A stretch of DNA of 64,000 nt from Squalus acanthias (lineage: Eukaryota). Where the stretch lies: contig CM059432.1 in NCBI GenBank assembly GCA_030390025.1, forward strand, positions 36,458,001 through 36,522,000. The letters run 5' to 3'. The position numbers and the translations under genes were made by a program. The notes below the pieces were generated by a model, which saw only the letters and a list, made by a program, of their open reading frames with translations, was not told the DNA's origin and did not search any database. Below, piece by piece: positions 38,015 through 50,334 of the stretch (its first letter is position 1; every line of letters begins with the position of its first letter).

Positions 38015-39262
38015 TGTTTGACTAATCTAATTGAATTTTTTGATGAAGTAACAGAGTGGATTGATGAAGGGAATGCAATGGATGTTATCTACATGGATTT
38101 TTGGAAGGTGTTTGACAAAGTACCACATAGAAGGCTGGTTAACAAATTGAGGCTCCTGGAATAGATGGGTCAGTGGCAGCTTGGATAAGGAATTGGCTTA
38201 AGGACAGAAAACAGCGAGTTGTGGTAAATGGCTGTTTTTCAGACTGAAGGATGGTAGACAGTAGTGTTCCCCAAGGGTCAGTGCTGGGGCCACTGCTTTT
38301 TTGATATATATAAATGACCTGGATATTGGAATACAGAGTAGAATTTCAAAATTTGCCAATGACACCAAACTTGGGGGGTGTGGCAAATAGTGAGGATGAT
38401 ACCAATCGACTGCAACAGGACATAGAAAGGCTAGCAGAATGGGCAAACAAGTGGCAGATGGAATTTAATACAGAGAAGTGTGAGGTGATGCATTTTGGCA
38501 GAAGGAACAGGGAGAGGCAATATACACTTAATGGCACAGTTTTAAAGAGTGTGCAGGGACAGATGGACCTGGGAGTTAGTGTGCATAGGTCCCTGAAGGT
38601 GGCAGGACATATTGAGAGAGTGGTTAACAAAGCATATGGGATCTTGGGCTTCATAAATAGAGGTATTGAGTACAAAAGTAGAGAAGTTATGCTGAACCTT
38701 TATAAAGTGCTGGTTAAGCCACAACTGGAGTATTGCGTCCAGTTCTGGTCACCACACTTTAGGAAGGATGTGAAGGCCCTTGAGAGGGTGCAGCGGAGAT
38801 TTACCAGAATGGTTCCGGGGATGGGGGATCTTCGCTACAAGGACACGTTGGAGAAGCTGGATTTGTTTTCATTAGAGCAAAGGAGGTTGAGGGGTGATTT
38901 GATAGAGGTGTACAAGATTATGACGGGTTTGGATAGGCTAGACGGGGAAAGGCTGTTCCCACTAGTTGATGGTACAAGGACTAGGGGACACAGATTTAAG
39001 GTTTTGGGCAGGAGATACAGGGGGGATGTGAGGAAAAACTTTTTTACGCAGCAAGTGGTGAGGACCTGGAATTCGCTGCCGACGGAAGTGGTGGAAGCGG
39101 AGACACTCAATGTTTTCAAGGGGAGACTGGATAGGCACTTGAGGGAGATAAACTTGCAGGGCTACGGATATAGAGCGGGGGAATGGGACTGACTGGATTG
39201 CTCTACAGAGAGCCGGCATGGACTCGATGGGCCAAATGGCCTCCTTCTGTGCAGTTATGACT
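38015..39262 (+). mobile_element. CR1 LINE RT/C-terminal part with 3' tail
   Basis: ORF 38314-39192 (292 aa) WQMEFN.EKCEVMHFG...LEYCVQFWSP...RRLRGDLIEVYK. Confidence 0.92.
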
Positions 39263-39704
39263 CTGACCTGTGAACAGTGGGCATTTTTGCGAGGTACTGG
39301 AGTGTGCCTGGCACCTGCAGAACAGACCACAACAAACCGAGAAGGAAGAAGGGCAGAGAGGGGGAAGTATTTCTGAAGTGTGTTCAGGAGAACTTTCTTG
39401 ATCAGTACTTTTCCAGCCCAACGAGGAAGGAGGCATTGCTGGATCTGGTTCTGGGGAATGAGGTGGGTCAAGTAGAACAAGTGTCAGTAGGGGAACATTT
39501 AGGGAACAGTGATCATAGTATCATAAGGTTTAGATTAGCTATAGAAAAGGACAAGGAGCAATCTAAAGTAAAACTACTTAATTGGAGGAGGGCCAATTTC
39601 AGTGGGTTGAGAACAGATTTGGCCCTGGTAAATTGGAATCAAAGATCGGCAGGCAAATCTGTAATCGATCAATGGGCTGCCTTTAAAGAGGAGATGGTTT
39701 GGGT

Positions 39705-40000
39705 ACCAAAAGTCCAAAAATGTGCAGGTTAGGTTGATTTGGCTATGATAAATTGACCCTTAGTGTTAGGGGGGGATTAAATATGTGGGGTTATGGGGAT
39801 AGGATGGGATATGTTAGGGGGAATTAAATACGTGGGGTTACGGGGATAGGGTGGGATATGTGTCGGTGCAGGCTCGATGGGGATTCTGTGTGAGAGAGCA
39901 GGGACAGGGTACTGGATTTGGATGATCAGCCATGATCGTATTGAATGGTGGAGCAGGCTCGACGGGCCGAATGGCCTACTCCTGCTCCTAGTTTCTATGT
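39705..40000 (+). mobile_element. HE1/V-SINE-like fragment with CR1-derived tail
   Basis: agtccaaaaatgtgcaggttaggttgatttggctatgataaattgacccttagtgt matches the V-SINE central domain as I recall it; the CR1 tail follows. Confidence 0.7.
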
Positions 40001-41384
40001 TAATCTATGTACAGTTGAGGTACATTCCCACGAGGGCATCGAAAGCCAGAGCTTCCTGGATGATGAAAGAGATAGAGAATAAGATAAAGCAGAAAAAGCG
40101 GGCGTATGGCAGATGTCAGGTTGAGAATACAAGTGAGAACCAGGCTGAATATAGAAAGTTCAGAGGGGAAGTGAAAAAGGAAATAAGAGGGGCAAAGAGA
40201 GAGTATGACAATAGACTGGCAGCTAACATAAAAGGGAATCCAAAGGTCTTCTATAGGCATATAAATAGTAGTAAGAGGCGGGATGGGGCCGATTAGGGAC
40301 AAAAAAAGAGACCTACGCATGAAGGCACAGGGCATGGTTGAGGTAATAAATGAGTACTTTGCATCTGTCTTTACTAAGGAAGAAGATGCTGCCAAAGTCA
40401 TAGTGAAAGAGGAGGTAGTTGAGATACTGGATGGGCTAAAAATTGATGAAGAGGAGGTACTAGAAAGGCTGGCTGTACTTAAAATAGATAAGTTAGCCAG
40501 ACCGGATGGGATGCATCCTAGGATGCTGAGGGAAGTAAAGGCGGAACTTGTGGAGGTACTGGCCATAATCTTCCAATCCTCCTTAGATATGGGAACGGTG
40601 CCAGAGGACTGAAGAATTGCAAATGTCACACCCTTGTTCAATAAAGGGTGTAAGGATAAACCCAGCAACTACAGGCCAGTCAGTTTAACCTCGGTGGTGG
40701 GGAAGTTTTTAGAAACAATTTTAACCCGGATTATCAACAGTCACTTGGACAAGTGTGGATTCATTGAGGAAAGCCTGTGCGGATTTGTTAAAGGCAAATC
40801 GTGTTTAACTAACTTGATCAAGTTTTTTGATGAGTTAACAGAGAGGGTTGATGAGGGCAATGCGGTTGATGTGGTGTACATGGACTTCGAAAAGGCGTTT
40901 GATAAAGTGCCACATAATAGGCTTATCAGAAAAGTTGAAGCCCATGGAATAAAAGGGCTAATGGCACCATCGATATGAAATTGGCTAAGTGACGGGAAAC
41001 AGAGTGTAGTGGTCAATGGTTGTTTTTTGGACTGGAGGAATGTATACAGTGGTGTTCCCCAGGGGTCGGTACTAGGACCACTGCTTTTCTTGATGTATAT
41101 TAATGACTTGGACTTGTGTGTACAGGGCACAATTTCAAAATTTGCAGATGAGACAAAACTTGGAAGTATAGTGAACAGTGAGGAGGTTAGTGATAAACTT
41201 CAAGAGGACATAGGCAGGCTGGTGGAATGGGCAGACACATGGCAGATGAAATTTAACTCAGAAAACTGCGAAGTGTTACATTTTGATAGGAAGAACGAGG
41301 AGAGGCAATATAAACTAAAGCATACAATTCTAAAGGGGGTGTAGGAACAGAGAGACCTGGGGGTATGTGTGCACAAATCGTTGA

Positions 41385-44300
41385 ACATAAGAAATAGGAG
41401 CTGGAGTAGGCCATTTGGCCCTTCAAGCCTGCTCCGCCGTTTAACAAGATTATGGCTGATCTTCTACCTCAACTCCACCTCCCCTCACTATCCCCATATC
41501 CCTTAATTCCCTTCATTCCCAAAAAATTATTGACCTTTGTCTTGAATATACTCAACAACTGAGCATCCACAGCTCTCTGAGGTAGAGAATAATTTCCCAT
41601 CTAACTTTGTATCATCAGCAAACTTGAATACGTTACACTCAGTCCCTTCATCTAAGTCATTAGTATAGATTGTAAATAGCTGAGGCCCAAGCACTGAATG
41701 TTGCGGTTCCCCGCGAGTTACAGCCTGCCAACCTGAAAAAGTCCCTTTTATTCCTACTCTCTGCTTTCTGTCCATTAACCAATCTTCAATCCATGCTAAT
41801 ATATTACCCCCAATACCATGAGTCCTAATTTTGTGTAATAACCTCATGTGTGGCACCTTTTCGAATGCTTTTCGAAAATCCAAATACACTACATCCACTG
41901 GTTCCCCCTTATCCATCCTACTAGTTACATCTTCAAAAAACTCTTAACAGATTTGTCAAATATGATTTCCCTTTCATAAAACCATGTTGACTCTGCCTAA
42001 TCATATTATGATTTTCTAAGTGTCCTGTTAACCACATCCCTAATAATAGATTCTAGCATTTTGCCTAATACTGATGTCAGGCTAACTGGCCTATAGTTCC
42101 CCGTTTTTTTCTCTTCCTCCTTCTTAAATAGCGGGGTTATGTTTGCTACCTTCCAATCCTTGGGGACTGTTCTAGAATCTAGGGAATTCTGGAAGATTAA
42201 TACCAGTGCATCCACTATCTCTGCAGCTACCTCTTTTAAAACCCTAGGATGCAGGTCATCAGGTCCTGGGGATTTGTCGCCACTTAATCCCATTAATTTC
42301 TCCAGTACAGGAAACTCTCTTTTAACCGGCACCCAAATAACCGGAAAAATCTCTTAACCGGCAAAATTCTTGAGTAGGTAACCGGGGTTTTCCTTCATCT
42401 CTCCTTTAAAAATAACTTTAAAAAAGACCCCGAGGCGTTTGCCTTGTATCGGAGCATGTAGATTGGGAGGGGAATGTGCAGCCCGGGTAGGCAGCGGACA
42501 CGACAGATGGTCAGCTGGCGGTCCCCGGGGAGACGGAGCTCCGAATGCAGGCGCATGTCAGTGTGTACGGGGCTCTCGTACGTTGGGAGATATAACTCTC
42601 CGTTATCCGGATTTTTTGATTAACCGGCACCACGCCGGTCCCGTCGGTGCCGGTTAATAAAGAGTTTCCTGTACTATGTCTTTACTTATACTGATTTCTT
42701 TAAGTTCCTCATTCTCTCTAGACCCTTGGTTCCCCATTATTTCCGGAATGTTTTTTGTGTCTTCTACCGTGAAGACAGATACAAATTATTTGTTTAATGT
42801 CTCTGCCATTTCCTTATTGCTCATTATAATTTCTCCTGTCTCTGCCTGTAATGGGCCCACGTTCACTAATCTCTTCCTATTTACATACCTATAGAAATGT
42901 TTACAATCTGTTTTTATGTCTCTTGCTAATTTTTCTCTTTCCTTTTCAATTTCTTGGTCCTCCTTTGCTGAATTCTAAAATCCTCCCAATCCTCAGGCTT
43001 ACTACTCTTTTTGGCAACATTATAAGCCTCTTCCTTTGCTCTAATACTATCTTTAACTTCTCTTGTTAGCCACGGTTGGACCACTTTTCTTCTGGGCTTT
43101 TGTGCCTTAAAGGGATATATATTTGTTGTAAAGTATGTATTAATTCTTTAAATGCTAGCCATTGCTTCTCTACCATCATACCTTTTAAGGTAGCTTCCCA
43201 ATCTACCTTAGCCAACTCGCCCCTCATACCTATGTAGTTTGCTTTGTTTAGATTTAAGACCCTAGTTTCGGATTGAACTAAATCACTTTTAAACTCAATA
43301 TAAAATTCTATGATATTATGGTCAATCTTCCCTAAAGGCCCCTTTACTACAAGGTTATTAATTAACCCTTTCTCATTGCACAATACTAGATCTAAAATAG
43401 CTTGTTCCCCAGTTGGTTCCTCAACATGCTGATCTTGAAAACTATTTTGAATGCATTTGTCCTCCACACTATTACTGCAAATTTGGTTTGCCCAGTCTAT
43501 ATGTAGATTAAAGTCCCCCATGATCACTGTATCACCCTTGTTGCATGCGCCACTAATTTCCTGATTTATACTCTGCCCTACATTACAACTACTGTTTGGG
43601 GGCCTATAAACAACTCCCACCAATGTTTTTGCCCCTTGCTGTTTCTTAGCTCCACCCAAACTAATTCTACTTCTTGATTTTTGGAGCCAAGATCCTTTCT
43701 CTCTACTGTCTTTATCCCATCCTTTATTATCAGGGCTACCCCTCCTCCTTTTTCATTTTAACTATCTCTTCTAAAAGTTAAGTATCCTGGAATATTTAGT
43801 TTCCAACCTTGGTCACTTTGCAACCACATCTCCGTAATGGCTATTAGATCAAACCTATTAATTTCTATCTGCATTATTAATTCATCTATTTTGTTGCGAA
43901 TGATTCGCGCATTTAGATATAGTGCCCTTAGCTTTGACTTTTTTCTATTTTTCCCTGATGTTACCGTAGTCACTGATGCCCTATTATGTTTGTTACTCTC
44001 TCTGTCCCTTCCTTGACCCACTCTGCTTATTTTTACCCAAAACTCTACTCTGCTCTAGAGCCTTGACATTTCTCTTGCTGCTTTTAAATTTACTCTTTCC
44101 TGAATCCTCCCACGCACCCCCCCCCCCCCCCCCCGGCCCCCTTTCATTAATTTAAAGTCTTGTCTACTGCCTTAGTTATTCAATTCGCCAGGACACTGGT
44201 CCTAGCCCGGTTTAAGTGGAGCCCGTCCCAATGGAATAGTTCCCTCTTTTCCCAGTACTGGTGCCAGTGCCCCATGAACTGAAATCCCTTCCTCCCACAC

Positions 44301-45605
44301 CACTCTTTGAGCCGTGCATTTAAACCTCCAATCTGTTTGTCTCTATGCCAAATTGCGCGTGGTTCAGGTAACAATCCAGAGATTATTACCTTTTGAGGTT
44401 CTGCTTTTTAATTTGGATCCTAGCTCCTCAAACTCCCTCAGCAGAACCTCATTCCTAGTTCTACCTATGTCGTTGGTTCCTACGTGGGCCACGACAACTG
44501 GATCCTCCCCCTCCCACTCCAAGTTCTTCTCCAGCTACGACGAGGTATCCTTAACCCTGGCATCAGGCAGGCAACACAACCTTCGGAACTCCCGGTCGCG
44601 GCTGCAGAGAACAGTATCTATTCCATTGACTATACTGTCCCCTACCACAACTACATTCCTTTTCCCTCCCCCCCACTTGAATGGTCAGTTTGCTCATCCA
44701 CCCTGCAGTCCTTGTTCTCATCCACGCAGGTAGCAAGTACCTCATACGTGTTGGTCAAAGACAAGGGCCGAGGCTCCTCCATCACTACATCCTGGGCCCC
44801 CATACCTTCCTGACTCGCAGTCACAACCTCCTGTCCCTGACCATTGACGAACTCTAACGTACTACTTAATCTAAGAGGTGTGACTGCCTCCTGGATCAAA
44901 GTGACCAGGTAACTCTCCCCCTCCCTGATGCCCCGCAATGTCTTCACCTCATACTCCAGCTCAACAACTCTGAGCCGAAGTTCCTCGAGCTGCAGACACT
45001 TACCGCCGATGTGGTTGCTCGGGAGCTCGCTGATCTCCACAAACTCCCACATGTTGCAGTTATGGCACACCACCTGCCCTGCCATGTCTATCTAATCTTC
45101 TTTATTTATTTGATTAGTTAATTAATGTTTTTCTCAATTTTAGTTTTATTACTCAAATGGTTTATCTAGTTTTAGTTACTAATTTAATAAAGTAAAGTTA
45201 TAGCAATTTAGTTTCTTAGCTAGCTTCGAGACTAAAAAAAACTGTAATACTCACCAACCAACCAATCATCTACCTGCTGCCCTGTGATGTCACTCCTTGA
45301 CTTTTCTGTTTGAAGGCTCTTTATAGCGCCACTGATCCCGCACACCTCACTGTTTAATTTTAATTAGTCAGTCGTTATTCAACGACTATTTATAGTTATA
45401 TTAATTAGTTTAACGAGTTAAGTTGTAAATTTAATAAAGTATGTTATAGTTTCCCGCTCCTAGTTTAAACCACTGTCCTAGGTTAGAGAGAAAATACGTT
45501 AGTACTCATGCACCAATCACCTACCTGCTGTCCTGTGACATCACTCCTTGGTTTTTGTTGTTGTTGAAATCGTCGGAGCTGCTGTCTCCTCCGATGTTGC
45601 TGCCG
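41385..45605 (-). mobile_element. Near full-length decayed CR1 LINE: 5' UTR, ORF1 (Cys motif, leucine zipper, SGNH esterase), ORF2 APE and RT, internal 3' deletion
   Basis: 44651-45085 C..C.MWE...KCLQLEELRLRVVELE. 44180-44374 LNARLKEWC...WDGLHLN (esterase). 43066-44021 APE (YLNAR, AITE.WL, YRPPN, MGDFN). 41527-42332 RT. Confidence 0.9.
42308..42671. mobile_element. pogo/Tigger-like MITE, second copy, inserted at TA inside CR1 ORF2
   Basis: TA|CAGGAAACTCTCTTTTAACCGGCACC...GGTGCCGGTTAATAAAGAGTTTCCTG|TA; reverse complement of 14750-15105. Confidence 0.92.
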
Positions 45606-46670
45606 ATTAGGTGGTAGGGCAGGTTGAGAAAGCTGTTAGAGAAAACAGTTTAAAAAAAAAAAGCATACAGGATCCTGGGCTTTATAAATAGAGGCATAGA
45701 GTACAAAAGCAAGGAAGTTATGATGAACCTTTATAAAACACTGGTTCGGCCTCAACTGGAGTATTGTGTCCAATTCTGGGCACCGCACTTTAGGAAGGAT
45801 ATGAAGGCCTTAGAGAGGGTGCAGAAAAGATTTACAAGAATGGTTCCAGGGATGAGGGACTTCAGTTATGTGGATAGACTGGAGAAGCTGGGGGTGTTCT
45901 CCTTTAGAGCAGAGAAGATTGAGGAGTTTTGATAGAGGTGTTCAAAATCATGGGTCTAGACAGAGTAGAAAGGGAGAAATTGTTCCTACTGGCAGATGGG
46001 TCGAGAGCCAGAGGACACAGATTTAAGGTGATTGGCAGAAGAACCAAAGGTGACGTGAGGAAAAAGTTTTTTACGCAGCGAGTGGTTATGATCTGGAATG
46101 CACTGCCTGAAAGGGTGGTGGAGGCAGATTCAATCGTGGCTTTCAAAAGGGTTACGGGGAAAGGGTGGGGTGTGGGACTAGCTGAAGTGCTCTTGCAGAG
46201 AGCCAACACGGTGTCGACGGGCCGAATGGCCTGCATCTGTGCTGTAACCATTCTATGATTCTAAGAACCTTGGAGGGAGTGGGGGTAGAGGACGAACAGA
46301 CTTTTAACAAAGATTCACTAGACTAATTCCTGGGATGAGTGGCTTGTCCTATGAGGAGCAATTGATTAGACGAGGCCTTTATTCCCTAGAGTTTAGAAGA
46401 ATGAGGGGTGATCCCATTGAAACATAAAATTCTTAAGGGGCTTGACAGGGTAGATGCTGGGAGGATGTTTCCCCTGGCTGGGTAGTCTAGAACTTAGGGT
46501 CACAGTTTCAGAATAAGGGGTCGGCCATTTAGGACCGAGATGAGAAATTTCTTCACTCAAAGGGTTGTGAATCTTGGAATTCTCTACCCCAGAGGGCTGT
46601 GGATGCTCAGTCGTTAAGTATACTCAAGACGGAGATCGATAGATTTTTGGATACTAAGGGAATCAAGGGA

Positions 46671-47885
46671 TTCATCGACAGTGCTATCAAGCGGCACTTA
46701 CTCACCAATAACCTGCTCACTGATGCCCAGTTTGGGTTCCGCCAAGACCACTCAGCTCCCGACCTCATTAGAGCCTTGGTCCAAATATGGACAAAGGAGC
46801 TGAATTCCAGAGGTGAGATGAGAGTGACTGCCCTTGACATCAAGGCAGCATTTGACCGAGTGTGGCATCAAGGAGCCCTAGTAAAACTGAAGTCAATGGG
46901 AATCGGGGGGGGAAACTCTCCTGGCTGGAGTCATACCTAGCACAAAGGAAGATGGTTGTGGTGATTGAAGGTCAATCATCACAGCCCCAGGACATCGCTG
47001 CAGGAGTTCCTCAGGGCAGTGTCCTAGGCCCAACCATCTTCAGCTGCTTCATCAATGACCTTCCCTCTAACATAAGGTCAGAAATGGGGATGTTCGCTGA
47101 TGACTGCACAGTGTTCAGTGCCATTCACAACTCCTCAGATAATGAAGCAGTCCATGCCTGCATGCAACAAGACCTGGACGACATTCAGGCTTGGGCTGAT
47201 AAGTGGTAGGCAACATTCACGCCACAGAAGTGCCAGGCAATGACTATCTCCAACAAACAAAAGTCTAACCACCGCCCCTTGACATTCAATGGCATTACCA
47301 TCGCCGAATTCCCCACCAACAACATCCTGGGGGTCACCATTGACCAGAAACTTAACTGGACCAGCCACATAAATACTGTGGCAACAAGAGCAGGTCAGAG
47401 GCTAGGTATTCTGTGGTGAGTGTCTCACCTCCTGACTCCCCAAAGCCTTTCTACCATCTACAAGGCACAAGTAAGGAGTGTGATGGAATACTCTCCACTT
47501 GCCTGGATGAGTGCAGCTCCAACAGCACTTAAGAAGCTCGACATCATCCAGGATAAAGCAGCCCACTTGATTGGCACCCCATCTACCACCTTAAACATTC
47601 ATTCCCTCCACCACCGGCGTACCGTGGCTGCAGTATGTACCATCTACAAGATGCACTGCAGCAACTCGCCAAGGCTTCTTCGGCAGCACCTCCCAAACCC
47701 GCGACCTCTTCCACCTAGAAGGACAAGGGCAGTAGGCGCATGAGAATACCACCACCTCCAAGTCACACACCATCCTGACTTTGAAGTATATCGCTGATCC
47801 ACCACCTTCTCAAGGGCAATTAGGGATGGGCAATAAATGCTAGCCTTGCCAACGACGCCCACACCCCATAAACGAATAAAAAAAA
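46671..47885 (+). mobile_element. Family-B LINE 3' half inserted in a CR1 tail (46305-46670 / 47888-47997)
   Basis: [31 protein letters not shown] and YKAQVRSVMEY motifs; A-tail near 47880. Confidence 0.88.
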
Positions 47886-49612
47886 TTGGGGTTAGGGTGG
47901 GAAAGTGGAGTTGAGGTAGAAGATCAGCCATGATCTTATTGAATGGCAGAGCAAGCTCAAAGGACCGAATGGTCTACTCCTGCTCCTATTTCTTATGTAA
48001 AATTTAAAGGACACCGGATAACGATCAGGAGTGGGAACTCTGGCCAACTTACATAAGAACATAAGAAGTAGGAGCAGGAGTAGGCCATACGACCCTTCGG
48101 GTCTGCTCCGCCATTCAATAGGATCATGGCTGATCCGAACCTAGACTCACGTCCACTTCCCTGCCCGCTCCCCATAACCCTTAATTCCCTTATCAGCTAG
48201 GAAACTGTCTATCTCCGTTTTAAATTTATTTAATGTCGCAGCTTCCACAGCTCTCTGAGGTAGCAAATTCCATAGATTTACTACCCTCTGAGTGAAGAAG
48301 TTTCTCCTCATCTCAGTTTTGAAACGGCAGCCCCTTATTATGCCCCCTAGTTCTAGTCTCACCCATCAGTGGAAACATCCTCCCCACATCTACCCGATCA
48401 AGCCCTCTCACAATCTTATATGTTTCAATAAGATCGCCTCTCATTCTTCTGTATTCCAATGAGTAGAGGCCCAACCTACTCAACCTTTCCTCATAAGTCA
48501 ACCCCCTCATCTCCGGAATCAACCGAGTGAACCTTCTCTGAACTGCCTCTAGAGCAAGTATATCTTTTCTTAAATATGGAAACCAAAACTGTACGCAGTA
48601 CTCCAGGTGTGGCCTCACCAGTACCCTGTATAGCTGAAGCAAGACTTCCCTGCTTTTATACTCCATCCCCTTGCAATAAAAGCCAAGATTCCATTGGCCT
48701 TCCTGATCACCTGCTGTACCTGCATACTAACCTTCTGTGTTTCATGCACCAGGACCCCCAGATCCCTTTGTACTGTAGCACTTTGCAGTTTCTTTCCATT
48801 TAGATAATAACTTGCTCTTTGATTTTTTCTGCCAAAGTGCATAACCTCACACTTTCCAACATTATATTCCATCTGCCAAATTTCCACCCACTCACTTAGC
48901 CTGTCTATGTCCTTTTGCAGGTTTTTTATGTCCTCCTCACTCACTGCTTTCCCTCCCATCTTTGTATCGTCTGCAAACTTGGATACGTTGCACTTGGTCC
49001 CCTCCTCCAAATCGTTGATATAGATTGTAAAGAGTTGGGGTCCCAGCACTGACCCCTGCAGAACACCACTAGTTACTGATTGCCAACCCGAGAATGAACC
49101 ATTTATCCCAACTCTGTTTTCTGTTAGATAGCCAATCTTCCACCCATGCCAGTATATTACCCCCAATCCCGTGATTTTTTATCTTGTGTAGTCATCTTTT
49201 GTGTGGTACCTTGTCAAATGCCTTTTGGAAGTCCAAATACACCACATCCACTGATTCCCCTTTATCCACCTTGTTTGTTACATCCTCAAAGAATTCGAGC
49301 AAATTTGTCAAGCATGATTTCCCCTTCATAAAACCATGCCGACTCTGTCCGATTAAGTTATGCTTATCCAAATGTCCTGTTACTGCTTCCTTAATAATGG
49401 ACTCCAACATTTTACCAACCACAGATGTTAGGCTAACTGGTCTATAGTTTCCAGCCTTTTGTCTACCTCCCTTTTTAAATAAGGGTGTTACATTAGCAGT
49501 TTTCCAATCTGCTGGGACCTTTCCTGAAGCGGAGATGCCGGTGTTGGACTGGGGTGGACAAAATTGAGAGGTCGCACAACACCAGGTTATAGTCCAACAG
49601 TTTTATTTGAAA

Positions 49613-49654
49613 TCACAAGCTTTCGGAGCTATCGATTGCTCCTTCCTCAGGTGA
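49613..49654 (-). ncRNA. Minimal type I hammerhead ribozyme (mirror copy)
   Basis: Exact reverse complement of 50293-50334. Confidence 0.8.
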
Positions 49655-50292
49655 AGTAAATTGGATACAGAATCGCCAGAGCATATATAGATGGAAAACA
49701 AAGCATGTGTACTTTACAATTGCAGACCAATAAATTAAATCATCCTGACTATCTGCCGAGGTGTGATAAAGTTAATTAAGTCAGCCAGGAAGGTACCACA
49801 TCAAAAGACATAGCAAGATACAACTGAGACAATGAGGTGTAGTCGCAGGGGTTCTAACGTGTCAAAAGCTGCCGTCTGTATGTAAAACGAAAAGCTTTAA
49901 AAAAAATTTACTTTTTTACTGGGAAAATTTTTACTTTTTTACTGGGAATCACATCTGTGAACAAGCTAACGTCGTCGTTAGCTTGTTCACAGATGTGATT
50001 CCCAGTAAAAAAGTAAAAATTTTCCCAGTAAAAAAGTAATTTTTTTTTAAAGCTTTTCGTTTTACATACAGACGGCAGCTTTTGACACGTTAGAACCCCT
50101 GCGACTACACCTCATTGTCTCAGTTGTATCTTGCTATGTCTTTTGATGTGGTACCTTCCTGGCTGACTTAATTAACTTTATCACACCTCGGCAGATAGTC
50201 AGGATGATTTAATTTATTGGTCTGCAATTGTAAAGTACACATGCTTTGTTTTCCATCTATATATGCTCTGGCGATTCTGTATCCAATTTACT

Positions 50293-50334
50293 TCACCTGA
50301 GGAAGGAGCAATCGATAGCTCCGAAAGCTTGTGA
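50293..50334 (+). ncRNA. Minimal type I hammerhead ribozyme
   Basis: TCAC-CTGAGGA-A-GGAGC-AATCGATA-GCTCC-GAAA-GCTT-GTGA: stem I tcac/gtga, CUGANGA and GAAA cores, stem II GGAGC/GCTCC, palindromic stem III AAGCTT, CUU cleavage triplet. AATAAA lies about 5 nt downstream. Confidence 0.8.

Larger units (their letters stand above)
39300..46262 (+). mobile_element. CR1 LINE ORF2 (APE end, RT, C-terminus) interrupted at ~39705-40000 and ~41385-45605
   Basis: ORFs 39277-39732 (LLDLVLGNE, HLGNSDH), 40283-41344 (RT) and 45720-46258 (C-terminus) are collinear. Confidence 0.85.
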
